Source: Dehalococcoidia bacterium
GTDB taxonomy: Bacteria; Chloroflexota; Dehalococcoidia; UBA2979
Direction: 5' to 3'
Assembly (NCBI GenBank): GCA_964291495.2
Contig: OZ219871.1
Location: 928,001 to 992,000 of the forward strand
DNA length: 64,000 bases
Position numbers and translations under genes: made by a program. The notes under the pieces were generated by a model. The model made no database searches and was not told the origin of the DNA. It saw only the letters and a program-made list of their open reading frames with translations. Below, piece by piece: positions 1 to 10,021 of this stretch. Numbering within the stretch: the stretch's first letter is position 1; each line of letters begins with the position of its first letter.

Positions 1-2
1 CC

Positions 3-806
3 TGCCTCGAGTGCAACGACCGCGTGAAGTTCCGCACGCTGCTCGATCGCGCCGACGCACTCGGCTTCGAGTTGCTGGCGACCGGGCACTACGCGCGCAT
101 TCGCGAACGGCCGCCCGCCGGGTTCTCCCTGCACGCGGCGGCGGACGAGGCGAAGGACCAGTCCTACGTCCTCTACACGCTGGGAGAGGGGCAGCTTGCG
201 CGGCTGCGCTTCCCGCTCGGCGATCTGCCGAAGTCCGAGACGCGGCGGATCGCCTCGGAGCTGGGTCTCGGCGTGGCCGACAAGCCCGACAGCGCCGACA
301 TCTGCTTCGTGCCGGGCGGCGACTACCGCGAGCTGCTGCGCGCACGCGGCGAGTCCTCGCGCGCCGGCGTGATTGTCGACGCCGACGGCAGCACGCTGCG
401 CGGCCACGACGGCGTCGCCGCCTTCACCGTCGGCCAGCGCCGCGGCCTCGGCGTCGCGACCGGCGAGCGTCGCTACGTGACCGAGATCGACGCGGCAGCG
501 GGCACGGTGCGCCTCGGCGCGGCCGACGATCTGCTCACGAGCGCCGTCGAGGCGTCCGCGCCGCGCTGGGTGTGCGCGGCGCCGCAGCCCGGTGAGCCGC
601 TGCTCGCCCGCATTCGCGCGCACGGGCCGCTCGTCCCGGCGCGCCTCGAGGAGCTCGCAACCGACGGCTTCCGCGTCGACTTCGAGCAGCCGCTACGCGC
701 CGCCGCGCCCGGACAGGCGATCGTGCTCTACCGTCCCGACGCGGAGCACGGGCACGAGGTCGCCGGAGGCGGCACGATCGAGCGCGGACGCCCGCCCCTG
801 CGTTGA
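3..806 (+). CDS. mnmA: tRNA 2-thiouridine(34) synthase MnmA, 5' end outside window
   Basis: CLECNDRVKF, ATGHYAR, KDQSYVL, KPDSADICF, FTVGQRRGLG and APGQAIVLY motifs; frame is open from the window start. Confidence 0.95.
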   Translation, partial: CLECNDRVKFRTLLDRADALGFELLATGHYARIRERPPAGFSLHAAADEAKDQSYVLYTLGEGQLARLRFPLGDLPKSETRRIASELGLGVADKPDSADICFVPGGDYRELLRARGESSRAGVIVDADGSTLRGHDGVAAFTVGQRRGLGVATGERRYVTEIDAAAGTVRLGAADDLLTSAVEASAPRWVCAAPQPGEPLLARIRAHGPLVPARLEELATDGFRVDFEQPLRAAAPGQAIVLYRPDAEHGHEVAGGGTIERGRPPLR

Positions 807-880
807 GCCTCGGTAGCGGCGCGGGCTACGATCTACGATGCGGCGAGGCGCGTTCGGGCGCCGGGAGGCTGGGAGCTCGG

Positions 881-1297
881 GTGCGCTGGATCCTGATCGT
901 CATCGGCGTGGTGGTCGTGGCCGTGATCGCGGCGGCCGTGTGGGCGCTCGCCGCCGGCGTCGTCGAGATCACCATGGACGAGGCGCGCGACACCGTGATC
1001 ATCGTCTACGGGCTGCTCGGCATCGTCTTCTTCCTCGTCGCCATCGTCGTCGCCCTTGCGATCTTCCTCGCGGTGCGCATGGTGACCGGCCTCGCCCGCG
1101 ACGCCTACGAGGAGCAGGCGCGCCCGCTGGTGGACGACGTGCGCGGCACGGTGCAGTCCGTGCGCGGCAGCGTCGAGTTCGTATCCGACCAGGCGATCTC
1201 CCCGATGATCCGCGTCATCGCCGTCGCGCGCGGCGTGCGCCGCGGCTTCGAGGCGCTGGGCGGCATCGCCCGGCGCGGCCGCCGGCCAGGCTCCTGA
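881..1297 (+). CDS. Hypothetical membrane protein (two TM helices plus amphipathic C-terminal helix; DUF948-like possible)
   Basis: GTG at 881 after a GGAG-rich leader; two hydrophobic segments; stop overlaps the next ATG (TGATG). Confidence 0.6.
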   Translation: MRWILIVIGVVVVAVIAAAVWALAAGVVEITMDEARDTVIIVYGLLGIVFFLVAIVVALAIFLAVRMVTGLARDAYEEQARPLVDDVRGTVQSVRGSVEFVSDQAISPMIRVIAVARGVRRGFEALGGIARRGRRPGS

Positions 1298-1698
1298 TGC
1301 GGCCGCGCTGGCCCTCGCGCCGCGCCACGAGCGAGCGTGAGCCGCGCTACCAGGTCGTCGAGGTGATCGGCGGCTCCGACCAGCTCGAAGAGGCCGTTGG
1401 GCACGCCGCCGAGCACATTGCGGAACGGCGCTCCGCGGGCGCGGCAGGCGGCCGCCGCGGTCTGCGCTCGCTGGCGCTGCTGGCGGCGGCGGTGGCGGGG
1501 CTGGCAGCCGCCGGGTACGCGGCAGCCCGCGTGCTGCTGGGCGGCGATACCGCGACCACCCGTCCCGACGGCACGAGCGCCGAGCCGCAGTCGGCTCGCG
1601 ACATCCTCGCGGCCGGCATCGCGGAAGGGCGGCGCGCGAGCGCGGAGGCCGAGCGCGAACTGCACGAGGATCTGCAGCGGCGTCGCGAGGGCGGCTAG
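1297..1698 (+). CDS. Hypothetical single-TM protein (YtxH-like architecture possible)
   Basis: ATG coupled to the upstream stop; one hydrophobic helix followed by a charged helical tail. Confidence 0.5.
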   Translation: MRPRWPSRRATSEREPRYQVVEVIGGSDQLEEAVGHAAEHIAERRSAGAAGGRRGLRSLALLAAAVAGLAAAGYAAARVLLGGDTATTRPDGTSAEPQSARDILAAGIAEGRRASAEAERELHEDLQRRREGG

Positions 1699-3290
1699 CC
1701 GGCCTCCGCCGCGCGCACCTCGGCCGGGCCGCTCACGCGATCGAACAGCTCCGAGACCTCGCCGCTCGGTGGCGGCGTCAGCAGCGTGACCAGCACGGCC
1801 GCCGGTGTCGCAATCAGGAAGCCGGGCGTGGCCGGCTGCATTGTCCAGATGCCGCCCGCGTCCGCCTGCATCACGGCCCACAGGCCATCGAGAGCGCCGA
1901 TCGGCGCGCTGGCCTCGGCGCCGAGGGGCAGATACCACCAGAGGGTGGCGACCGCCGTGCCGACCGTGATGGACGTCAGGGCGCCCCAGAAGTTGAAGCG
2001 CCGCCAGTAGAGCGCGAGCAGCGTTGCCGGCCCGAAGGCCGCGCCCATCCCTCCCCACGCCAGCGAGACGAGATTGAAGACCGAGTCCGGATGGTAGATC
2101 GAGAGCAGCGCGGCGATCCCGCCGACCACGAGGAGCATCAGGCGGCCCATCCAGACCCGGGCATGCGTCCGCAGCGAGTCCGTGAAACGCTTCAGCAGCG
2201 GCACGTCGCCGGTCGCAATCGCCGAGGCGAGGAGCAACTGGGAGTCGGCGGTGCTCATGACCGCGGCGACCACCGCCGTCAGGAGCAGGCCGGCCACGAG
2301 CGGGTGGAAGAACTCCGTGGAGGTGACCAGGTAGACGCGCTCCGGGTCGGCCGTCACCTGGTCCAGCAGACCCCGCTCGGTCAGCGCGGGCACGGCCACC
2401 ACGCCCAGCAGCAACCCGAAGCCGAACATCAGGGCCACCCAGGAGACCCCGATGTTGCGGCTGCGGGGGATGTTCTCCTCGCGGTCCACGGCCATCAGGC
2501 GCGCGAGCACGCGCTGCGATCCGAGGGCGCCGAGGCCCCAGCCGGCGCTGGAGAGGATGAAGACCACGCCCACCAGCTCGCCGGACTGGTCGGTCAGGGG
2601 GTTCCAGAAGCCCTCGCCGGTCGAGCCCAGCCCCCGGAACGGATCGTCGGTCATGACGATCAGCATCAACGGCAGCAGGACGAAGCCCCCGAGCATCATC
2701 AGCGACTGGAAGACATCGGTGCGGGACACCGCCAGGAAGCCCCCGATGAAGGTGTAGGTGGTGATCGCCGCGAGGGTGATGAGGACGCCCAGCCAGTGGT
2801 ACTCCGCGTGGCTGATGTCGAAGACTTCCTCGAGGAGCTTGGCTCCGGCGATCAGGCCGGAGCTGACATAGAAGACGATGAAGAAGACGGTGATGAGCGC
2901 GGCGAGGGTGCGCAGCGTTCCGGTGCGGTCCAGGAAGCGCTTCTCGAAGAACTCGGGGATGGTGAGCGAGTCGTCGGTGGCGACGGTGTAGCGGCGCAGT
3001 CGCCGTCCCAGCAGCGTCCAGACCAGCCAGTGGCCGGAGGCGATGCCGACCGCGGTCCAGAGGTGGATCAGCCCGGCCGCGAATGCCAGGGCGGGGAAGA
3101 CCAGCATGGTCCAGCCGCTGGCCGCCGAGGAGGCCGAACTCAGCGCCGAGGTGAACGTCCCCATCTTGCGGCCGCCCAGCACGTAGTCGGACATGTCGTC
3201 CATGTGCCGGGCGCGGACGATCGCGATGCCGATCAGGACTGCGAAGTAGGCGATGAAGACGAACAGCACCCAGTAGGCGAAGGTGGTCAC
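1695..3290 (-). CDS. putP: Sodium/proline symporter (SSS family)
   Basis: DYVLGGR, ALSSASSAASGW, YTFIGGFLAVSRTD and AAVMSTADSQLL motifs; ~13 TM segments. Confidence 0.88.
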   Translation of the reverse strand: MTTFAYWVLFVFIAYFAVLIGIAIVRARHMDDMSDYVLGGRKMGTFTSALSSASSAASGWTMLVFPALAFAAGLIHLWTAVGIASGHWLVWTLLGRRLRRYTVATDDSLTIPEFFEKRFLDRTGTLRTLAALITVFFIVFYVSSGLIAGAKLLEEVFDISHAEYHWLGVLITLAAITTYTFIGGFLAVSRTDVFQSLMMLGGFVLLPLMLIVMTDDPFRGLGSTGEGFWNPLTDQSGELVGVVFILSSAGWGLGALGSQRVLARLMAVDREENIPRSRNIGVSWVALMFGFGLLLGVVAVPALTERGLLDQVTADPERVYLVTSTEFFHPLVAGLLLTAVVAAVMSTADSQLLLASAIATGDVPLLKRFTDSLRTHARVWMGRLMLLVVGGIAALLSIYHPDSVFNLVSLAWGGMGAAFGPATLLALYWRRFNFWGALTSITVGTAVATLWWYLPLGAEASAPIGALDGLWAVMQADAGGIWTMQPATPGFLIATPAAVLVTLLTPPPSGEVSELFDRVSGPAEVRAAEAG

Positions 3291-3523
3291 CCGAACTCCC
3301 CCGAAAGCCTCGCGCGCGCCTGAGTCGTGCTGCCGGCAGGCGGTGGAACAGAGATAGGGTATCGATCGAGGAGCCCTCGCGCGACGCCCGATCTTCCTTC
3401 GCCATCCGATTTGTGCGATCGTTAATTGCGTGCGGACCGGGGGGACCGCCGCAGGCGCGGTTGGGACAGGATGGCTGCGCGCGCCGGCTACGAACGCGGC
3501 GCCGCACGACCCCCGGAGACGGC

Positions 3524-4465
3524 ATGAACGCCCTTCGAGAGATCATCGATACGACGACTCGCACGATCGGCCACGTCCTGGCGTGGTGGGACCAGCAGTC
3601 GCCGACCGTGCGCTTGTCCGCCGTCGCCGTGGCGCTCGGCGTCCTGGTCGGCGTCGTGATCGCCTTCGCGGTCTCGGGGGGCGGAGGCGGCCCCGCCGTC
3701 GTCGTCACCCCCGTCACGCCGACGTCGACTCCCGTCGTCGCCACGACCGCGACGCCCGCGGCGACGCCGACCCCCACCGCCGAGGCGACCGCGACCGCGG
3801 CGCCGACAACCGCGGCCACACCGCCGCCGACCCCCACGCCTGCGGCAACCGAGACTGCCACCCCGGCGCCGACCGCGACCCCGACCGCGACGCCCGCGGC
3901 GACGGCGACGCCCGAGCCGACAGTCCCCACCTACTTCACGCTCGACTCGCTACACGCGGCCCACGGCGAGGCGCCCGACGCGACGCTGGGGCGGATGCGC
4001 ATCCCGATCATCGGGGTCGACGCCGCGCTGGGGCAGCGCCTCGTGTCCGGCGGCCAGATGCAGAACCCGACGGGGCCGAGCGACGTGGTCTGGTACGACC
4101 TCTCGCTCTGGGAGGGCCTCGGCGGAGCGCCGGGAGCGGGCGGCAACGCCGTGTTCTCCGGGCACGTCGACTACCACGCGAGGATTTCGTGGGCGAACGC
4201 GCGCTACCGCGGCGACGGCATCTTCCGGAACCTGCCACTCCTGGCCACGGGCGACGTGATCGAGATCGAGATCGGCGGCCAGACGCTGCGCTACGCGGTG
4301 GTGTGGCAGCGCCAGGTCGAGGCCAACTCCAGTACGGCGGAGATCCTCAGTTCGGACGTGCCGGTGGACAGCATCACGCTGATCACCTGTGGCGGGGACT
4401 TCGACACGACAACGAGGAGCTACGCAGACCGCATCGTCATCCGCGCGGAGCGCATCAGGACGTAA
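3524..4465 (+). CDS. Class F sortase with N-terminal TM anchor and Pro/Thr linker
   Basis: GNAVFSGHVD (His), ITLITCGG (catalytic Cys), RIVIRAER (Arg). Confidence 0.88.
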   Translation: MNALREIIDTTTRTIGHVLAWWDQQSPTVRLSAVAVALGVLVGVVIAFAVSGGGGGPAVVVTPVTPTSTPVVATTATPAATPTPTAEATATAAPTTAATPPPTPTPAATETATPAPTATPTATPAATATPEPTVPTYFTLDSLHAAHGEAPDATLGRMRIPIIGVDAALGQRLVSGGQMQNPTGPSDVVWYDLSLWEGLGGAPGAGGNAVFSGHVDYHARISWANARYRGDGIFRNLPLLATGDVIEIEIGGQTLRYAVVWQRQVEANSSTAEILSSDVPVDSITLITCGGDFDTTTRSYADRIVIRAERIRT

Positions 4466-4516
4466 GCCGGACGAGGCTCCGGCGAGCACGGACCTGCTTC
4501 GGAAACGTGAGACAGC

Positions 4517-4607
4517 TGGCGGAGAGGGTGGGATTCGAACCCACGAGAGGGTGTTGCCCTCTACCCGCTTTCCAGGCGAGCCTGATCAGCCACTCCAGCA
4601 CCTCTCC
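4517..4607 (-). tRNA. tRNA-Ser(GGA)
   Basis: Reverse complement GGAGAGG...CTGGAAA loop...long variable arm...GGTTCGAATCC...CTCTCCGCCA. Confidence 0.95.
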
Positions 4608-4637
4608 GCGAGGTGAACGCTCGGGTTGCGCGCGGGC

Positions 4638-4723
4638 TGGCGGAGAGGGTGGGATTCGAACCCACGAGGCTTTCGCCTACCGCTTTTCGAGAGCGGCACC
4701 TTAAACCACTCGGACACCTCTCC
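4638..4723 (-). tRNA. tRNA-Ser(CGA)
   Basis: Reverse complement GGAGAGGTGTCCGAGTGG...CCGCT-CTCGAAA-AGCGG...GGTTCGAATCC...CCGCCA. Confidence 0.95.
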
Positions 4724-4730
4724 GTGGACC

Positions 4731-4736
4731 AGTATA
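4731..4736 (-). promoter_or_regulatory. Putative -10 box (TATACT) for the tRNA-Ser pair
   Basis: TATACT on the minus strand 7 nt upstream of the tRNA-Ser(CGA) 5' end, in otherwise GC-rich DNA. Confidence 0.5.
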
Positions 4737-4838
4737 TGGGACCGGCCCCCTAGCGCCCGCGCCGCCGCTTGTGCTGCGGGCCTTCCCGCTTCTGCTAACG
4801 TGTTTGCAGGCCGAAGCGTCGATCGAGGACGCCTGCAA

Positions 4839-6245
4839 GTGACGAACCACGACTACGACATGGTGGTCATCGGCTCCGGCCCGGCCGGCCAGCACGCCGC
4901 AATCCAGGCCTCGAAGCTCGCCGGGCGTGTGGCCGTGATCGAGCGGCTTCCCGACATCGGCGGGATCGACCTCTCCGCCGGCACCCCGGCCAAGACGCTG
5001 CGCGAGGCCGCGATGCACCTCACCGGCTACCGCGAGCGCAACGTCTACGGCAGCTCCTACGTCGTGAATCAGAACGTCTCGATGAGCGATCTGCTGGTCA
5101 GGACGAACTACGTCATGGAGCATCAGGCGCAGATGCAGCGCGCCCAGCTCGCCAGAAACCGCCTGGAGATGATCACCGCCGAAGCCTCGTTCGTTGATCG
5201 CAACTGCCTCAGGCTCTCCGACGGCACGGACGACCCGGACCGGACGATCACCGCGGAGAAGATCGTGATCGCCGTCGGTACGTTCTCCACGCCGCCCCCG
5301 GTGGTCCAGCCCGACGGACGGCTGATCCTCGTGAGCGACGACGTGCTCACGCTCCCCGATGTGCCCCGCACGCTCACGGTCGTCGGCGCCGGGGCGATCG
5401 GCCTGGAGCACGCCAGCACCTTCGCGGCGCTCGGAACACGCGTGACGATCGTGGACCGGGGGAGCCGCCTGCTGCCGTTCGCCGACGACGAAGTGGCCGA
5501 GTCGCTCACGTACCAGCTGCGACAGCACGGCGTGACGTTGCGCCAGACCGAAACCGTGTTCGACATCGAGTACGTGATCGGCGAGGCCGAGCCCCGCGTG
5601 CGCGTGATGCTGGAGAGCGGCAAGCAGATCGTCAGTCACGCCGTCATGTACTGCGTCGGGCGCACCGGTAACACCGAGTCGCTCAACCTCGAGGCCGCGG
5701 GTCTCGAGGCCGACGACCGCGGGCGCCTCAGCGTCGACGAGAACTACGAGACCGAGGTGGAGGGCATCTACGCGGTCGGAGGGGTGATCGGCTTCCCGGA
5801 CCTCGTCTCTACATCGCACCTGCAGGGCCGCATCGCCGCCTGTCACGCCTTCGGTGTGCCCGTCGAGGACTACTCGCGACTCTTCCCCTACTCGGTCTAC
5901 ACGATTCCCGAGATCGCGATGGTAGGGAAGACGGAGTCCGAGTTGACCGACGAGGGCGTCGCCTACGAGGTGGGGAAGACCAGCTACCGCGAGTCCGTGC
6001 GCAGCATCGTCATGGGCGACGTGTGGGACGGCTTCCTGAAGCTGCTCTTCGAGATCGAGTCGCGGAAGCTGCTCGGCGTGCACATCATCGGCGAGGGCGC
6101 CTCGGAGATGATCCATCTCGGCCAGGCGGTGATCGCCCACGGCGGGACCGTCGACTACCTGGCCGAATCCGTGATCGCCCACCCGACGTTCGCCCAGTGC
6201 TACGCCGCCGCCGCCCTGGACGGCCTCGACCGCCTCGGGCTGTAG
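4839..6245 (+). CDS. sthA: Soluble pyridine nucleotide transhydrogenase-like flavoprotein (divergent)
   Basis: GSGPAG FAD motif, KTLREAA, GAGAIG NAD motif, YTIPEI, LLGVHIIGEGASEMIHLGQAV; no redox CxxxxC. Confidence 0.78.
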   Translation: MTNHDYDMVVIGSGPAGQHAAIQASKLAGRVAVIERLPDIGGIDLSAGTPAKTLREAAMHLTGYRERNVYGSSYVVNQNVSMSDLLVRTNYVMEHQAQMQRAQLARNRLEMITAEASFVDRNCLRLSDGTDDPDRTITAEKIVIAVGTFSTPPPVVQPDGRLILVSDDVLTLPDVPRTLTVVGAGAIGLEHASTFAALGTRVTIVDRGSRLLPFADDEVAESLTYQLRQHGVTLRQTETVFDIEYVIGEAEPRVRVMLESGKQIVSHAVMYCVGRTGNTESLNLEAAGLEADDRGRLSVDENYETEVEGIYAVGGVIGFPDLVSTSHLQGRIAACHAFGVPVEDYSRLFPYSVYTIPEIAMVGKTESELTDEGVAYEVGKTSYRESVRSIVMGDVWDGFLKLLFEIESRKLLGVHIIGEGASEMIHLGQAVIAHGGTVDYLAESVIAHPTFAQCYAAAALDGLDRLGL

Positions 6246-6360
6246 CCATCGAGGCGCCTCGAGCCGTGGTCCCGCCTCGCTCGCCCGCTGGAGGCGGCCC
6301 GCCACGACCGCAGGGCAAACCGAGTAGACTGCCCGCGCAGCGGAGCGAAGGAGCAACACC

Positions 6361-7440
6361 ATGAGAGCAGCAATCCTCCACGAGATCGGCGCGCCACTGG
6401 TCGTCGAGGACGCCGACATCGACGACCCCCGCGACGAAGAGGTGCTGGTGCGCACCGCGGCCAGCGGCGTCTGCCACTCCGACTGGCACAACATCATCGG
6501 CGACTCGCCGATGCCCGTGCCGGCCCTGCTGGGCCACGAGGCGGCCGGCGTCGTCGAGGCCGTCGGCAGCAACGTGAGCTACGTGAAGCCCGGCGACCAC
6601 GTCATCGCGCGCGGCTCGTTCTGCGGCGCCTGCGAGATGTGCCTGCGCGGACACGCGAACCTCTGCCCCGAGAAGCCCGGGCGCGACCTCGACCTCAAGC
6701 CGTGGCGCATCAGCCTGCACGGCGAGCGGCTCAACACCTCGCAGTCGAACATCTCCAGCTTCGCGGAGCAGATGCTGCTCCACGAGAACGGGGTCGTGAA
6801 GATCCGCGAGGACATCCCGCTCGACGTCGCGGCGCTGGTCGGCTGCGGCGTGATGACCGGCGTCGGCGCGGCGCTGCGGACGGCGGCGGTCGAGCCGGGC
6901 TCCACGGTCGCTGTGTTCGGCCTCGGGGGGATCGGGCTGTCCGTGGTCCAGGGCGCGCGTATCGCCGGCGCGCTGCGCATCATCGCCGTCGACCTGATCG
7001 ACGAGAAGCTGGACGTCGCCCGCGAGTTCGGCGCCACCGACACGGTGAACGGAAAGACCGAGGACGCCGTCGCTGCGATCCGGGCGCTGACCGGGGACGG
7101 TGTCGACCACTCGTTCGACGCGATCGGGCTGTCGAGCGTCGCGCAGCAGTGCGTCCAGGTCCTGCGGCCTCGAGGGACGGCGACCCTGATCGGCGTCATC
7201 CCCGACGGTCAGACGATCCCCCTCGACTGGCGCATGCTGGGCGGCGAGAAGCGCGTCCAGACCTGCAACATGGGCTCGACGCGCTTCCGCATCGACATGC
7301 CGATGCTGCTCGACCTCTACAGCCAGGGCCGCCTCATGATCGACGAGATGATCACCCGTCGCGGCCCGATCGATGACATCAACGAGATGTTCGATGCGAT
7401 GGCCTCGGGTTCGGTCACGCGACAGGTGATCATGTTCTGA
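6361..7440 (+). CDS. Zn-dependent alcohol dehydrogenase (MDR family)
   Basis: GVCHSD, GHEAAG, structural-Zn CGACEMC...C, GLGGIG; SD GGAG. Confidence 0.92.
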   Translation: MRAAILHEIGAPLVVEDADIDDPRDEEVLVRTAASGVCHSDWHNIIGDSPMPVPALLGHEAAGVVEAVGSNVSYVKPGDHVIARGSFCGACEMCLRGHANLCPEKPGRDLDLKPWRISLHGERLNTSQSNISSFAEQMLLHENGVVKIREDIPLDVAALVGCGVMTGVGAALRTAAVEPGSTVAVFGLGGIGLSVVQGARIAGALRIIAVDLIDEKLDVAREFGATDTVNGKTEDAVAAIRALTGDGVDHSFDAIGLSSVAQQCVQVLRPRGTATLIGVIPDGQTIPLDWRMLGGEKRVQTCNMGSTRFRIDMPMLLDLYSQGRLMIDEMITRRGPIDDINEMFDAMASGSVTRQVIMF

Positions 7441-7467
7441 TCGCAGGCGCCGATCGGCCGAGCGAAT

Positions 7468-7491
7468 GAAGCCCCGCGGTCGCGGGGCTTC
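7468..7491. terminator. Hairpin, possible terminator
   Basis: GAAGCCCCGCG-GT-CGCGGGGCTTC inverted repeat after the ADH stop; weak U-tract. Confidence 0.5.
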
Positions 7492-7524
7492 GTGCCCTCG
7501 AGGACGACCAGGGAGCGACGGGCC

Positions 7525-8943
7525 ATGAGCGACCACCCGCTAGAGCAGGTCTTCCGGCCTCGATCGGTCGCGCTCTACGGCATCTCGCGCAACATGCAGA
7601 ACCGCAGCAACCAGTTCTTCCTCAAGGGGTTGCTCGACCAGCGTTTCCACGAGGCGGCGCCGCTCTACCTCGTGAACCCGAACGCCGATGAGATCGACGG
7701 GCTGCGCTGCTACCCCAGCCTCTCGGACTGCCCGGACCCGGTCGACTACGTGATCTCGCTGGTCCCGGCGCCGACGGCCGAGGGCCTCGTCGAGGAGTGC
7801 ATCGCGAAGGGCGTCCGCGCGCTGCACCTCTACACCGGCGGCTTCGCGGAGAACCTCGACCCCGAGCGGGCAGCGCTCGAGCGGCGGCTGATCGAGAGGG
7901 CGCGGAGCGGCGGCCTGCGCGTGATCGGGCCGAACTGCATGGGCCTCTACCACCCGGCCGCACGGATGGCGTTCATCCCCGGCCATCCGAGGGAGGCGGG
8001 GGACGTCGGCGTCGTCTGCCAGTCCGGTGGCAACGCGATGGACATCATCAGCGGGCTCGCCCAGCGCGGCGCGCGCTTCGCCAAGGTCGTCTCCTTCGGC
8101 AACGGGACGGACCTCGGAGCGGCCGAGCTGCTCGACTACGCGGCCGTCGACCCGGAGGCGCGGATCGTGCTCGCCTACCTCGAGGACACGAGCGACGGCC
8201 GCGCGCTCTACGAAGCGCTGCGGACCTGTGCCCGCGCGAAGCCGACGATCGTGCTCAAGGGCGGAATCTCCTCGGCTGGCGCGCGCGCGGCTCGCTCCCA
8301 CACCGCCTCGCTCGCCGGTTCGCACGAGGTGTTCGTGGCGGCCTGCCGCCAGGCGGGCGCGGCCGTCGTGCGTTCGCTGGACGAGATGATCGACCTGGCC
8401 GTGGCGCTCAGCACGCGCCTGAACAGGGCCGCAGGGCCTCGCGCGGTGCTGCTCGCCGTCGGCGGCGGCTACTCCGTGCTCACGACCGACGCGCTCGCCG
8501 GGCACGGCGTCGACCTCCCGGAGCTCGACGGCGCGACGCTCGAGCGCCTTCGCGGGGTCGTGCCCACGGACGGCAACAGCATCGAGAACCCGATCGACAC
8601 CGGCTACATGGGCGAGGACGCCGAGGAGGCGCTGCGCGAGGTGACGGAGGCCGCCGCGCGCGACGCGAGCACGGACTTCGTGATCACCATGCTGCGCGGG
8701 CGGGACGTACCCCTCGAGGAGCAGCGCCGCACCATCGAGGAGCTCGCGGAGCTACAGGAACGGACGGACAGGCCGATCGTCGTCGCGGCGCGGCGCGACG
8801 TCGCGGAGCTGGCGGAAGAGACGTTGCGCCTCGCCTACGAGCGCGGCGTCGCGGTGTTCCCGGGCCCGGTGAGCGCCGGGCGCGCCGTTGGCCTGCTGCT
8901 GGCGTGGCGACGCCAGCGCGAGGGCCTGCCCTCGCTGCCGTAG
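7525..8943 (+). CDS. CoA-binding protein, ADP-forming acyl-CoA ligase alpha-type (no ATP-grasp domain)
   Basis: FRPRSVA, IGPNCMG, QSGG, VSFGN, SHTASLAG phospho-His, NPID. Confidence 0.85.
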   Translation: MSDHPLEQVFRPRSVALYGISRNMQNRSNQFFLKGLLDQRFHEAAPLYLVNPNADEIDGLRCYPSLSDCPDPVDYVISLVPAPTAEGLVEECIAKGVRALHLYTGGFAENLDPERAALERRLIERARSGGLRVIGPNCMGLYHPAARMAFIPGHPREAGDVGVVCQSGGNAMDIISGLAQRGARFAKVVSFGNGTDLGAAELLDYAAVDPEARIVLAYLEDTSDGRALYEALRTCARAKPTIVLKGGISSAGARAARSHTASLAGSHEVFVAACRQAGAAVVRSLDEMIDLAVALSTRLNRAAGPRAVLLAVGGGYSVLTTDALAGHGVDLPELDGATLERLRGVVPTDGNSIENPIDTGYMGEDAEEALREVTEAAARDASTDFVITMLRGRDVPLEEQRRTIEELAELQERTDRPIVVAARRDVAELAEETLRLAYERGVAVFPGPVSAGRAVGLLLAWRRQREGLPSLP

Positions 8944-8964
8944 CGCCCGTCCGCCGACAGGCGC

Positions 8965-9575
8965 TGTCCTCCGCGGGGGGCTGCGCCCCCCACACCCCCA
9001 TCCCGGACAAGCACGCGCTACGCGCGGCTCGTCTGGATTCCGGCTTTCGCCGGAATGACGGACGGGAGTCCGGCCCCTCTCCCCCAGGAGAGGGAGCCGG
9101 ATCGGCGCACCAACCTATAGAGGACGGATCCGGCCCCCTCTCCCCTCGCCGCGGGAGAGGGCGGGGGTGAGGCGGCGCCGCGCGCCAGCGCGGCCAGCGA
9201 GAACCATCGAGGGCGCAACGAGCCTTCGAGGCAGCGTGTCACTCCGGCTCACCCCTCCCCGTCATTCCGGCGAAAGCCGGAATCCAGACGAGCCGCGCAG
9301 CGCGCTCGCTCCGACGCACGCCGGGCACGAGGTTCCGAGGGCGCAACAACCCTTCGAGAACGGCGGCGGCCCGGCGAGCCCCCTCACCCGCGGGGGGTGT
9401 GGGGGGAGTCCCCCCACAGAGCACTGGCTCTCCCCCAGGAGAGGGGGCCGGATCGGCGCAACAGAGTTCCGAGGGAGGATCCGGTCCCCTCTCCCCCTCG
9501 CGGGGGGGGGGGCGCCGCGCACCAGCGCGGCCAGCGAGAACCACCGAGAACGCACACGGACTCCCGAGGGCGCTC
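8965..9575. repeat. Mosaic of REP-like palindromes (cluster 1)
   Basis: TGGATTCCGGCTTTCGCCGGAATGAC at ~9033 and its inverse at ~9261; several CCCTCTCCC-Nx-GGGAGAGGG hairpins; GGGGGTGTGGGGG...CCCCC motif. Confidence 0.85.
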
Positions 9576-9580
9576 CGGCG

Positions 9581-10000
9581 CTACGGGTCCATGTGGATGG
9601 CGCGCTTCGCGAAGCGCCAGCCGTCGGGGGTCTTGCGCCACTCGTCGTGGTAGACGCCCGTGCCGCTCACCTGAGGCCCGCTCTCGCCGGGGTAGCGGCG
9701 CGTGCCGAGCAGCATCGTCCGCGAGCGGGCGGTGTCGGGGCCGAGCTCCTCGAAGATCGTGCTGGTCTGGTGGTGGCGGCTCTGGTAGCCCTCGGGCATC
9801 TCCTCGTGGAGGCCGCGCGCCCACTCGCGGATCGCCTCGCGGCCCTCGTTGTGGACCAGCGGCTTCTCGCGCCCGGCGTAGACCTCGAAGACGGCGTCCT
9901 CCGTGAACAGCTCCGCGTAGGCGTCCGCGTCCTGGCCGTCGTAGCTGTACGAGTAGTTGGCGATCACCTCGAGGATCGCGAGCCTGTCTTCGGTGCTCAT
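9581..10000 (-). CDS. NTF2/SnoaL-like family protein
   Basis: EDRLAILE..Y..D, LFTEDA, GREAI, RHH, GVYHDEWRKT.DGWRFAKR. Confidence 0.88.
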   Translation of the reverse strand: MSTEDRLAILEVIANYSYSYDGQDADAYAELFTEDAVFEVYAGREKPLVHNEGREAIREWARGLHEEMPEGYQSRHHQTSTIFEELGPDTARSRTMLLGTRRYPGESGPQVSGTGVYHDEWRKTPDGWRFAKRAIHMDP

Positions 10001-10021
10001 CGCTGCCTCCCTCCGGAGCGG

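Noticed and set aside
4517-4723. Duplicated tRNA 3' end as an attL/attR pair
   Set aside because: Both copies are complete tRNA-Ser genes with different anticodons, and there is no integrase
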